Of a DNA stretch of 63,363 nt, positions 38,039-45,606 are shown piece by piece; positions within the stretch are counted from its first letter, which is position 1, and each line of letters opens with the position of its first letter. The stretch is from Actinomycetes bacterium (GTDB lineage Bacteria; Actinomycetota; Acidimicrobiia; Acidimicrobiales; Bog-793). The notes under the pieces are model-generated. The model made no database searches, had not been told where the DNA came from, and was given only the letters and a program-made list of their open reading frames with translations. The DNA lies in assembly GCA_021838945.1 (NCBI GenBank), contig JAKCCH010000004.1, positions 1 to 63,363 of the forward strand, given 5' to 3'. The position numbers were made by a program, and so were the translations under genes.

Positions 38039-39229
38039 CTAGGTGGGGGGCTCCAGCAGGGGCAGAGGGTGAGGGCGCCCGAGGAGGTAGCCCTGTCCGA
38101 AGGAGGCGCCGAGGTCGCGCAAGGCCTCGAGCTCCCCGGGAGTCTCGATGCCCTCGGCTACGACGGTCGAGCCGATCTCGGCCGCGAACGCCACGATGGC
38201 GGCGCCGAGCGCGCGTCTTGTTGAGCTGACGTCGATGCCACGGGTGAGCTCCGTGTCGAGCTTGATCATCTCCGGGCGCAGCCGGACGATGTGCTGCATG
38301 CTCGACCAGCCAGCACCGGCGTCGTCGACCGCGATCCGCACACCGGAGCGACGGAGCGCTCCGATGCCTTCCTCGATCCTCTCGTAGTCATCCACGCGGC
38401 TGTGCTCGGTCACCTCGAGGACGATCCGGTCCGCCGGGTAGCTCCGAAGGAGCCGTTCGAGCTCGTGCGAGACGAGCGTGGCGGGGGAGAGGTTCACCGA
38501 GAGGAACGCGTGCGAGGGAACGTGGTCGAGGTGCCCGAGTGCGGTCTCGAGTGCGATCATGTCGAGGGGCAGCTGGAGCCCGACGTCCGCTGCTCGCTTG
38601 AACCAGTGGTCCGGCGGCATCGGCGGGTACAGGCGGAAGCGGGCGAGTGCCTCCGCGCCGACGAGCTTCCCGCTTCGAAGGTCGATGATCGGCTGGAGCA
38701 GCATGTCGAGATTGCCCGTCTCGACCACCCCGTTCAGGACGGCGATGGTCGCGTCGCGCTCCCGGTTCTGTCGCTCGGCCTCCTCGTGGACTACGGCGAG
38801 CTCGAGCTCGCGGTGGTAGCGCTCGGTGATGTCCTCGGAGATCCCGAGGATGAACCGGGCTTCTCCGTCGTCGCCGAAGATCGGGATCCTCTTCGTGTGC
38901 AGCACCCGCCGCCCGCGATAGCGGGTGGCCACGAACTCGGCTTCGATCTCTATCATGCGACGCTCGGCGACGACGCGGCGATCGATCGCGGCGAGGAAGT
39001 CAGCATCCTCCTTCGGGAGGATGTCGTGGTCCCGAAGCCCGACGATCTCGGCCCGTGCGTATCCGAGGAGCTCTTCGGCGGCTCGGTTCAGCCGTACGAA
39101 GCGCAGGTCGTCTGCGGACTTCACGAAGACCATGTCGGGGATGTTCTCGACGATCTGCTCGAGCATGCCGGCCTGGTCGCCGCTGTATCCGTTCACGCGC
39201 GGGTTCTCGGGCTCGACGGCCGTCGTCAT
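38039..39229 (-). CDS. PAS-EAL c-di-GMP phosphodiesterase
   Basis: PAS/PAC domain (ENIPDMVFVK...GISEDITER). EAL domain with EALAR, SVNLS, EVTE, DDAGAG, IKLD, AEGIE and GQGY. No GGDEF domain. Confidence 0.92.
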   Translation of the reverse strand: MTTAVEPENPRVNGYSGDQAGMLEQIVENIPDMVFVKSADDLRFVRLNRAAEELLGYARAEIVGLRDHDILPKEDADFLAAIDRRVVAERRMIEIEAEFVATRYRGRRVLHTKRIPIFGDDGEARFILGISEDITERYHRELELAVVHEEAERQNRERDATIAVLNGVVETGNLDMLLQPIIDLRSGKLVGAEALARFRLYPPMPPDHWFKRAADVGLQLPLDMIALETALGHLDHVPSHAFLSVNLSPATLVSHELERLLRSYPADRIVLEVTEHSRVDDYERIEEGIGALRRSGVRIAVDDAGAGWSSMQHIVRLRPEMIKLDTELTRGIDVSSTRRALGAAIVAFAAEIGSTVVAEGIETPGELEALRDLGASFGQGYLLGRPHPLPLLEPPT

Positions 39230-40710
39230 GAAGCAACCGCCGCCGGATCGGCGACGACCGCTTCGACGATGACGGCGCCGGCGGCGTCATCACGGATCAA
39301 GAAGACGAACGGGTGGTTGAAGGCGACGGCGACGGCATCGCGGCCGCCTGACACGAGTGTCGAGACAGAGCCGGTCCCACCGCCGGCGTTCGTGCCGTGC
39401 TCGTCGACACGGATGGCGACGCTCTGGCCGACCATGTCGAGAGCCGTGGGCGTGCTGGTGATGCCGCCGAAGTCGGCGCCGGTGGAGAAGGCCTGGCGCA
39501 CGCCGGCCGCTCGAAGCGCGCCGTTGCAGGATGACGCCGAGCCGAGAGACAAGCGCGGGAGCGCGAGATCGACAGTCGCCTGACGCAGCCCGGCCTCGAG
39601 GTGCGACAGCGAGGTCGGCGTCCACGAGTCGAGCATCGTCGTGAGCGACCCGGTCTCCGGCTCGATCGCGAGCGCAGAGAAACGCCCACCGGCATACGGC
39701 AGCTCGACGGCCCGCATGCCGTCGAGAGCGGCGGTCCGGAGGACGCCGCTCCAATGCATCGTCGGGACCGAGACGGTTGCGCCGCTCGCGAGGTGGAACA
39801 CGGCGGAGTGCGTCCGGCCGGGATCGAAGGCGAGCGCGCGTGACCAGCTGGCGTCGAAGTGGAACGCGTTGGCGAGCACGAACGCGGTCCTCCGAGTGAT
39901 CGATCCCGGCGGCAGCAGCGGCGGGACCCGCAGGTGGCTCACCGAGCGCACCCACGAGTTGATCGTCCTGGTCGTTGCCGCCGGGCGACCGGCGAAGTCC
40001 GCCTCCCAGATCCCTTCGCCGAAGTATCGAGCGAGGGCGTCGAGATAGGTGCCGTGCACGTGGAGGGTGCGCTCGAGGAAGAGGTAGTTGGCCTGCTCCA
40101 GCTGGACGTGGGACACCCGCTGATCGATCGTCAGCTGTTGCGAGAGCGCGTTCCAGAGCTGAGCCTGAGCAGAGGCAGACGTGCCGCCCATCCCGAGCGC
40201 CGTCGCGATCTGCGAGCCCGTCTGCCCGCGCGCTCCGAGCTCCAGCTGGACGAGGACCTCTCCGAGGCTGCTCGGGACGAGCACGACATTGCGGGTGGTT
40301 CCCGCGCTCCGATAGAGGCTGGCCGTCGTGGCGGTGAGCAGGGAGAGATCCGACCGCGCCGCCTGCCTCGCGTCCGCGAGGACGCGCGGGGTCGTCAACC
40401 GCCTCATGTGCGCTGCCAGCTCGCCGAGGAGGGGAGCATGACCGCTCGCTGCTCGACTCTGCTGCTGGCGCGCCGGTGAGGGATGGGACAGCGGGACGAG
40501 TGCTGTCACGAGCGCCGCGACAGCTGCGACCGCCGCCGCAGCTGTCGCGGCACGCCGGCGGCGGATGCGACCGGTTCCCCGCGCTCTCACGAGCTCCGGC
40601 GAGGGGAGCGCCGGAGCGAGTTCCGATGACCATGCCTCGAGTGCCCGCCGGATGCGGGCGTCCGCCACGCTGTTGCGGTCGTCAGGCGTCCTGCGTCCGC
40701 TCGCAGTCAT
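39226..40710 (-). CDS. Predicted anti-sigma factor-serpin fusion (cytoplasmic N-domain, TM helix, extracytoplasmic serpin)
   Basis: N-terminus RIRRALEAW...P...VRARG..RIRRRR plus a TM helix. Serpin motifs LGARGQT, INSWV, VLANAFHF..SW, VPTM, ELPY, ADFGGI, VDEHGT, FNHPFVFLIRD, V.DP. Start at ATG 40710. Confidence 0.85.
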   Translation of the reverse strand: MTASGRRTPDDRNSVADARIRRALEAWSSELAPALPSPELVRARGTGRIRRRRAATAAAAVAAVAALVTALVPLSHPSPARQQQSRAASGHAPLLGELAAHMRRLTTPRVLADARQAARSDLSLLTATTASLYRSAGTTRNVVLVPSSLGEVLVQLELGARGQTGSQIATALGMGGTSASAQAQLWNALSQQLTIDQRVSHVQLEQANYLFLERTLHVHGTYLDALARYFGEGIWEADFAGRPAATTRTINSWVRSVSHLRVPPLLPPGSITRRTAFVLANAFHFDASWSRALAFDPGRTHSAVFHLASGATVSVPTMHWSGVLRTAALDGMRAVELPYAGGRFSALAIEPETGSLTTMLDSWTPTSLSHLEAGLRQATVDLALPRLSLGSASSCNGALRAAGVRQAFSTGADFGGITSTPTALDMVGQSVAIRVDEHGTNAGGGTGSVSTLVSGGRDAVAVAFNHPFVFLIRDDAAGAVIVEAVVADPAAVAS

Positions 40711-41200
40711 CTGTCGCCTCCAGCGCGTCGAGAGCGGCCGAGAGGTGGAGGCGTCCACGGCTCAGCCATGACTTCACGGTGCCGATGGGGACGCCCATCT
40801 CCGTCGCGATCTCGTGACTCGTGAGGCCGAGCAGATAGTGGAGAACGAGGGCCTGCCGATGCTCGGGTGACAGGGTCGAGAGAGCGGCTGCCAGCTCGAG
40901 CCGGGAGCGGTCGCCGGGATCCTCCTCGACGACCTGCTGAGGCAAGGGTTGCTCGCTGAAGCGCCGTCTCCGCCTGTTCGAGTTCTTGGCGAGGTTGAAG
41001 GCAACTCGCCTCACCCATGCGTGCGGGTCGTCGAGGTGCGCCACGCGCTCCCAACGCGTCCATGCCCGGACATATGCCTCTTGGACGACATCGAGGGCTT
41101 CGGCGGGGTCGTTCGTGAAGGCGAAGATCTGGCGCGCGAGACGCGCGGATCCGTCGCGATAGAAGGCGTCGAAGCCTTCCGTGGAACTCGCCCCCAACAC
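40682..41200 (-). CDS. ECF RNA polymerase sigma factor (actinobacterial SigE-like)
   Basis: Region 2 DVVQEAYVRAW.RW...AWVRRVA.N. Region 4 LS.EHRQALVLHY..GL...EIA.EMG.PIGTVKS.LSRGR. Confidence 0.93.
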   Translation of the reverse strand: MLGASSTEGFDAFYRDGSARLARQIFAFTNDPAEALDVVQEAYVRAWTRWERVAHLDDPHAWVRRVAFNLAKNSNRRRRRFSEQPLPQQVVEEDPGDRSRLELAAALSTLSPEHRQALVLHYLLGLTSHEIATEMGVPIGTVKSWLSRGRLHLSAALDALEATDDCERTQDA

Positions 41201-41214
41201 TCCCCACGGTATAC

Positions 41215-41245
41215 ATCACACACGAGCGCCCCAAAAGGTTGCACC
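41215..41245 (-). promoter_or_regulatory. Putative ECF autoregulatory promoter
   Basis: Minus strand reads GTGCAACCTTTT...; GCAAC-N17-TGTG resembles the AAC...GT ECF promoter layout, just upstream of the sigma start. Confidence 0.5.
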
Positions 41246-41249
41246 TCAG

Positions 41250-41260
41250 AAAAAAAAAAA
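41250..41260. repeat. A11 homopolymer in the sigma/protease intergenic region
   Basis: 11 consecutive A residues in very GC-rich DNA. Confidence 0.9.
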
Positions 41261-41410
41261 TCTAGAGGTTTTCAGGGACTTTTCCCGGTGTCATGCTCGC
41301 AGTGCGGACGCACGCGGGGAGCTCCGGGGGTCAGCAGTGTGGCGCTCCATGCTGAAGGTCTGCCGAGGCTGTCGCGGGGGTCAGCGAACCTACAACGCAC
41401 AGGAGGGCAG

Positions 41411-42760
41411 ATGTCTCGCCATCAACTCGTCCGACCCCTCGGCTCTGCTGCCGCCGCCTTTGCCTGCATGGCGTTGTCGGTGTCGCTGCTCGCCTCGCCC
41501 GCCGGGGCACAGGAGCAGGGGGTCAGGGCGGCATCGCTGTTGCACCGGCGCTTGCCTGCGGCGGAGGTGTCGGCCACTCCGAGAGAGGTGGCGGCGGCAT
41601 CCGCGCTCGTGACGCCGGGCGACCCGCTCGGGATGTGGGAGCAGCGCATGTCGAGGGACTTCCCGGACACCTATGGAGGGCTGTACGTGGACGCGTCGGG
41701 CAACCTCGTGATCCCGACCGTCGGTGCGGCCCGAGGCTTGCGGGCATGGGCGAAGGCCAACCTCTCCGCAGTCGTGACCCAGTACCTGTCCGACGCCCTT
41801 GGTACCGGCGCGCTGCTCGGCCGGCGCACGTCTGCGGGAACCCTCGGGACCAGCCGGGCCGCCGGGGCACCGGCGCTCACCTTCACGACGGCGCGGAGGA
41901 GCCTGGCGGACCTCACGGTTCTCAAGGCCGACATCCTTGCAAACCGGCGTTTTGCCGAGGCAGGCGTCGTCGGTGCCGGGATCGACGTGAAGAACGGGGC
42001 CGTCTCGGTCACGACGACAGGCGGTTCGATCGACGCGACCCTTCGAGCGGACTACGGCTCAGAGGTGGAGACCACCGCTGCCACCAGTTCCTCGCTCGAC
42101 GCGTCGCGCACGTCCGACACGCCGCCATGGAACGGCGGCGACATGATCGGGTCCTCCTCGGGGACGCTCTGCACCTTGGGTTTCGGCATCCACGACACCG
42201 CCGGCGACACCTACTCGCTCACGGCCGGCCACTGCGGTTACAACACCTGGTACAACGTCCCGCCAAGCAGAGGCTCGCTCGATGACAGCACCCGTGTCGG
42301 CACTACGGTCTCCGGCTCGAAGTCCACCTGGGGTGTCGATGCACAGCTCGTCAGGGACAGCTCGTCGTGCATCTCCTGGGGTTCGGGCACGACGCGGTTG
42401 TTCATCACCGGTGCCGCGGATCCGCCGCAAGGCGCGACGATCTGGTCGGAGGGTTCGGTCACCGGTCAGGAGAGCGGCCGTGTTGTCACCTACGACTGGA
42501 GCGGCAACGTCGGCGGCGAGCAGCTCAGCAACCTCGACCTCACGACAGCCGCCCCGCAGCCCGGCGACAGCGGTGGCCCGGTGGTCTACCCGACCGGCTT
42601 CGGCCCCCTCGCCGGCGGCTCTGTCGTCGGCCTCATCGTCTACGCAGACGGCACGTCCGTCGGCGTGACCCAACTCATCGATGCAGAGATCTTCGACTAC
42701 TCGGTACGGCTCGGCACGAGCCTCGCGGTGAACACCTCGGCCAACGGCTACAGCTGTTGA
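41411..42760 (+). CDS. Secreted S1 (chymotrypsin-clan, alpha-lytic/streptogrisin-like) serine protease with pro-region
   Basis: RBS AGGAGG and a signal peptide ending PAGA. Catalytic motifs CTLGF...TAGHC (His), DAQLV (Asp) and GDSGGP (Ser). Confidence 0.9.
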   Translation: MSRHQLVRPLGSAAAAFACMALSVSLLASPAGAQEQGVRAASLLHRRLPAAEVSATPREVAAASALVTPGDPLGMWEQRMSRDFPDTYGGLYVDASGNLVIPTVGAARGLRAWAKANLSAVVTQYLSDALGTGALLGRRTSAGTLGTSRAAGAPALTFTTARRSLADLTVLKADILANRRFAEAGVVGAGIDVKNGAVSVTTTGGSIDATLRADYGSEVETTAATSSSLDASRTSDTPPWNGGDMIGSSSGTLCTLGFGIHDTAGDTYSLTAGHCGYNTWYNVPPSRGSLDDSTRVGTTVSGSKSTWGVDAQLVRDSSSCISWGSGTTRLFITGAADPPQGATIWSEGSVTGQESGRVVTYDWSGNVGGEQLSNLDLTTAAPQPGDSGGPVVYPTGFGPLAGGSVVGLIVYADGTSVGVTQLIDAEIFDYSVRLGTSLAVNTSANGYSC

Positions 42761-42775
42761 CCGAGCGCCGGCGGA

Positions 42776-43597
42776 TCAGTCGAGGCCGCCTGTGGCGACG
42801 GCGCCGAACGCGTCGGCGGCCGCTCGGGTGAGTGGACCCGGGGCGTGCGGCAGCTCGCGCCCGTCGAGGAGCGCGATCGGCTGGACGCCACGGGTCGTCG
42901 ACGTCAAGAACGCTTCGTCGACATCGCTCAGGCGATCACGCGGCAGGTCCCGTTCGACCGCGCCGGTGATCTCGATCACCAGCCCTCGGGTGACGCCCGC
43001 CAGGCAGCCGGCCGAGAGGGGAGGCGTGAGGAGGTCGCCTCCGATGCCGAGGAAGATGTTCGTGCCGGTTCCTTCGCAGACGTTCCCCGCCGTATTGCAC
43101 CAGAGCGCCTCTGTTGCGCCTCGCTCTGCCGCATATGCCAGGGCGACGACGTTCTCTGCGTAGGAGATCGTCTTGGCACCTGCGAGAGGCCCGCGCTCGT
43201 TCTTCGGCCACGGCGCCACGACGACCACGGCCGGTCCGGCCGGCGGGGCGGCAGCCTCGCAGGCGATCACGACCGTCGGGTCGGCTTTGCCCCTCGCCGA
43301 TCCGAGCCCCGCGTTCCCTCCTGTCACCGTGATCCGGAGCTTGCCGGCCCGGCAGCCGGCTTCGTCGACGACCATGCGCGCCGCCCTCTCGAGCTCCTCG
43401 CCAGGTGGCAGGGGCAGGCCGATGGCGGAGGCGGAGCAGGCGAGCCGCTCGAGGTGGCGGCTGAGGGCAAAAGGTCGACCGTCGCGGATGGCGATGCTCT
43501 CGAAGACGCCGTCCCCCGTCACGAGGCCGTGGTCGAACACCGACACGGTCGCTTCGGCGGCGTCCAGCATCACGCCGTTCACGTAGACCGAGGGCAC
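42776..43597 (-). CDS. PLP-dependent aminotransferase class IV (ADC lyase / D-amino-acid / branched-chain family)
   Basis: Motifs DHGL..GDGVFE, HLERL, KTISY, EGTGTN, LAGVTR, EAFLTSTTR. Confidence 0.9.
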   Translation of the reverse strand: MPSVYVNGVMLDAAEATVSVFDHGLVTGDGVFESIAIRDGRPFALSRHLERLACSASAIGLPLPPGEELERAARMVVDEAGCRAGKLRITVTGGNAGLGSARGKADPTVVIACEAAAPPAGPAVVVVAPWPKNERGPLAGAKTISYAENVVALAYAAERGATEALWCNTAGNVCEGTGTNIFLGIGGDLLTPPLSAGCLAGVTRGLVIEITGAVERDLPRDRLSDVDEAFLTSTTRGVQPIALLDGRELPHAPGPLTRAAADAFGAVATGGLD

Positions 43598-43615
43598 GGC
43601 GCCCGAGTGTACGGC

Positions 43616-44527
43616 TCAGCGCGTCCCGGGGGTCCCGGGGGCTTCGGCGGCGAGGCCGGACGCCCGCTCCGACAGTGCCGGTGAGCCGAGTCGCCCGACC
43701 AGCTCGCCGAAGCCGTCCGACGGGCCGCGCCACTCGAAAGCCTTCGTGCCGGCGACGAGCGAGTCGTCGACGCGCAGGGTGGCGAGGCTCCGGAACAGCT
43801 CGGCGAGGTCGTGATCGTCACAAAGCCGCGCCGCGAGCGTGGGCGCCGATCGCACGCGTGCCAGCACCTCGGTTGCCCAAGCCGCCGCGTCCGACGGGAT
43901 CTGTTCGAGGTGGACGTAGTGGCGGAGAACGGCGGCGGCGCTCTGCTTCCCCCATCCGGCGATCCCCGGGAAGCCGTCGGCGCTGTCGCCGACGAGCGCG
44001 AGCCAGTCCGGGATCGACTCCGGAAGGACCCCGTACTTCGCCAGCACCGCCTCTTCGTCGAGGATCGCCTTGTTCCGGCGGTCGACCTGGACGACCCGCT
44101 CGTCACGGACGCACTGAGCGAGGTCCTTATCAGGCGTCCAGATGAGGACGCGGTCGACGGCCGGATCCGACGCCGCCACGTGCGCGGCCGAAGCGAGCCC
44201 ATCGTCCGCCTCGAGCTCGTCCATGGCGAGAACGAGCAGGCCGAGCTCGCGGAGAGCGTCCTCGAGGATGGGGAACTGGGCAAGCAGTTCGGGCGCCACG
44301 CCGGCAGACGTCTTGTAGCCGGGCCAGAGGTCGTTGCGGAAGGACTCGATCCGGTGGTCCGTCGCCACGGCGAGGTGCGTGGCGCCCTCGGAGATCATGG
44401 TGAGGAGCGAGCTCACGACTCCCGTGACCGCGGTGACATCCTGGCCGTCCGCGCTCCGGCGCCTGGCCTTCTGGCCGAAGAACTGCCGGAACAGCTCGTA
44501 GGTGCCGTCGACGAGGTGGACGTCCAT
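43616..44527 (-). CDS. Stand-alone 5'-3' exonuclease / flap endonuclease
   Basis: Motifs LVDGT, SFRN...GYK, EADD, TPDKDL.Q, LVGDSADGFPG..GWG. Confidence 0.92.
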   Translation of the reverse strand: MDVHLVDGTYELFRQFFGQKARRRSADGQDVTAVTGVVSSLLTMISEGATHLAVATDHRIESFRNDLWPGYKTSAGVAPELLAQFPILEDALRELGLLVLAMDELEADDGLASAAHVAASDPAVDRVLIWTPDKDLAQCVRDERVVQVDRRNKAILDEEAVLAKYGVLPESIPDWLALVGDSADGFPGIAGWGKQSAAAVLRHYVHLEQIPSDAAAWATEVLARVRSAPTLAARLCDDHDLAELFRSLATLRVDDSLVAGTKAFEWRGPSDGFGELVGRLGSPALSERASGLAAEAPGTPGTR

Positions 44528-44625
44528 GCCTCGCGCAGCCTAAGACAAGGACCGGCGCTGCGAGAGGTGCCGGCTGACGCGGCCGTACCGTGGCCGCGCG
44601 GCCCGGAGGAGGGGAGGAGCTCTTC

Positions 44626-45591
44626 GTGAGGGCAGTCCAGGTATCGCGGCTCGAGGGTCCAGATTCGGTCGAAGTCGTCGACGTCGATCCGCCGGCGCCG
44701 CGACCGGGACACCTGCTCATCGAGACCCGCGCGATCGGCGTCAGCTTCCCGGACGTGCTCCTCACCAAGGGCGAGTACCAGATGCGACCGAGCCTGCCCT
44801 TCGTGCCGGGAGCAGAGATCGCGGGCATCGTGGCGAAAGCACCGGAGGGTTCGAGCTTCGCCGAAGGCGACCGGGTGCTGGCCTTCCCCGGGATCGGCGG
44901 CTTTGCCGAGGCAGCGACGGCCGACCCCATCTCGGTGTTCGCACTCCCCGACGACGTGTCGTACGAGGTCGCCGCCGCCCTGCCGATGAACTACTTCACC
45001 GCGCTCTTCGCCCTGACTCGGAGAGGCCAGCTGCGCCCGGGCGAGACCGTGCTCGTACACGGCGCGGCCGGCGGAGTCGGGACGGCGGCCATCCAGGTCG
45101 CGAAGGCGCTCGGCGCAACCGTGATCGGCGTCGCGTCCACCGAGGACAAGCGAGCGGTCGCCCTGCGGGCCGGGGCCGACCACGCCGTCCCCGTGGAAGG
45201 CTTCAAGGACGCCGCGAAACAGCTCACGGGGGGTAAGGGCGTCGACGTCGTGCTCGATCCCGTCGGCGGCGACCGCTTTACGGACTCGCTGCGGTCCCTC
45301 GCGACCGAGGGGCGGCTGCTCGTCATCGGCTTCACGGGCGGTGAGATCCCGACGGTGAGGGTCAACCGCCTGCTCCTCAACAACATCACCGTGGTGGGCG
45401 TCTTGTGGGGCGGGTTCTGGATCTCCCAGCCCGCTTACCTCCAGCAACAGTGGGCCGACCTGCTCCCGATGGTCGAGGATGGGCGGCTCGATCCCCCGAT
45501 CGGCGCGACGTTCCCGCTCGAGCGCGCGGCGGAGGCGCTGAAGGAGATCGGCGAGCGTCGGGCGACCGGCAAGATCCTCCTCGTCCCCTGA
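44626..45591 (+). CDS. NADPH:quinone oxidoreductase (MDR family)
   Basis: Motifs GVSFPD, PFVPGAEIAG, VLVHGAAGGVG, GVDVVLDPVGG, ATGKILL. Confidence 0.92.
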   Translation: MRAVQVSRLEGPDSVEVVDVDPPAPRPGHLLIETRAIGVSFPDVLLTKGEYQMRPSLPFVPGAEIAGIVAKAPEGSSFAEGDRVLAFPGIGGFAEAATADPISVFALPDDVSYEVAAALPMNYFTALFALTRRGQLRPGETVLVHGAAGGVGTAAIQVAKALGATVIGVASTEDKRAVALRAGADHAVPVEGFKDAAKQLTGGKGVDVVLDPVGGDRFTDSLRSLATEGRLLVIGFTGGEIPTVRVNRLLLNNITVVGVLWGGFWISQPAYLQQQWADLLPMVEDGRLDPPIGATFPLERAAEALKEIGERRATGKILLVP

Positions 45592-45606
45592 GCGGAGGGA
45601 GGTCTC

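Noticed and set aside
41370-41395. GTCAGCGAACC resembling part of a c-di-AMP (ydaO) riboswitch
   Set aside because: The other conserved elements (GAAUC, GGAAC, GGGUGAAU) are absent.
40949-41410. N-terminal 154-aa extension of the protease ORF
   Set aside because: It overlaps the sigma gene antisense and crosses the A tract. The strong RBS and signal peptide place the start at 41411.
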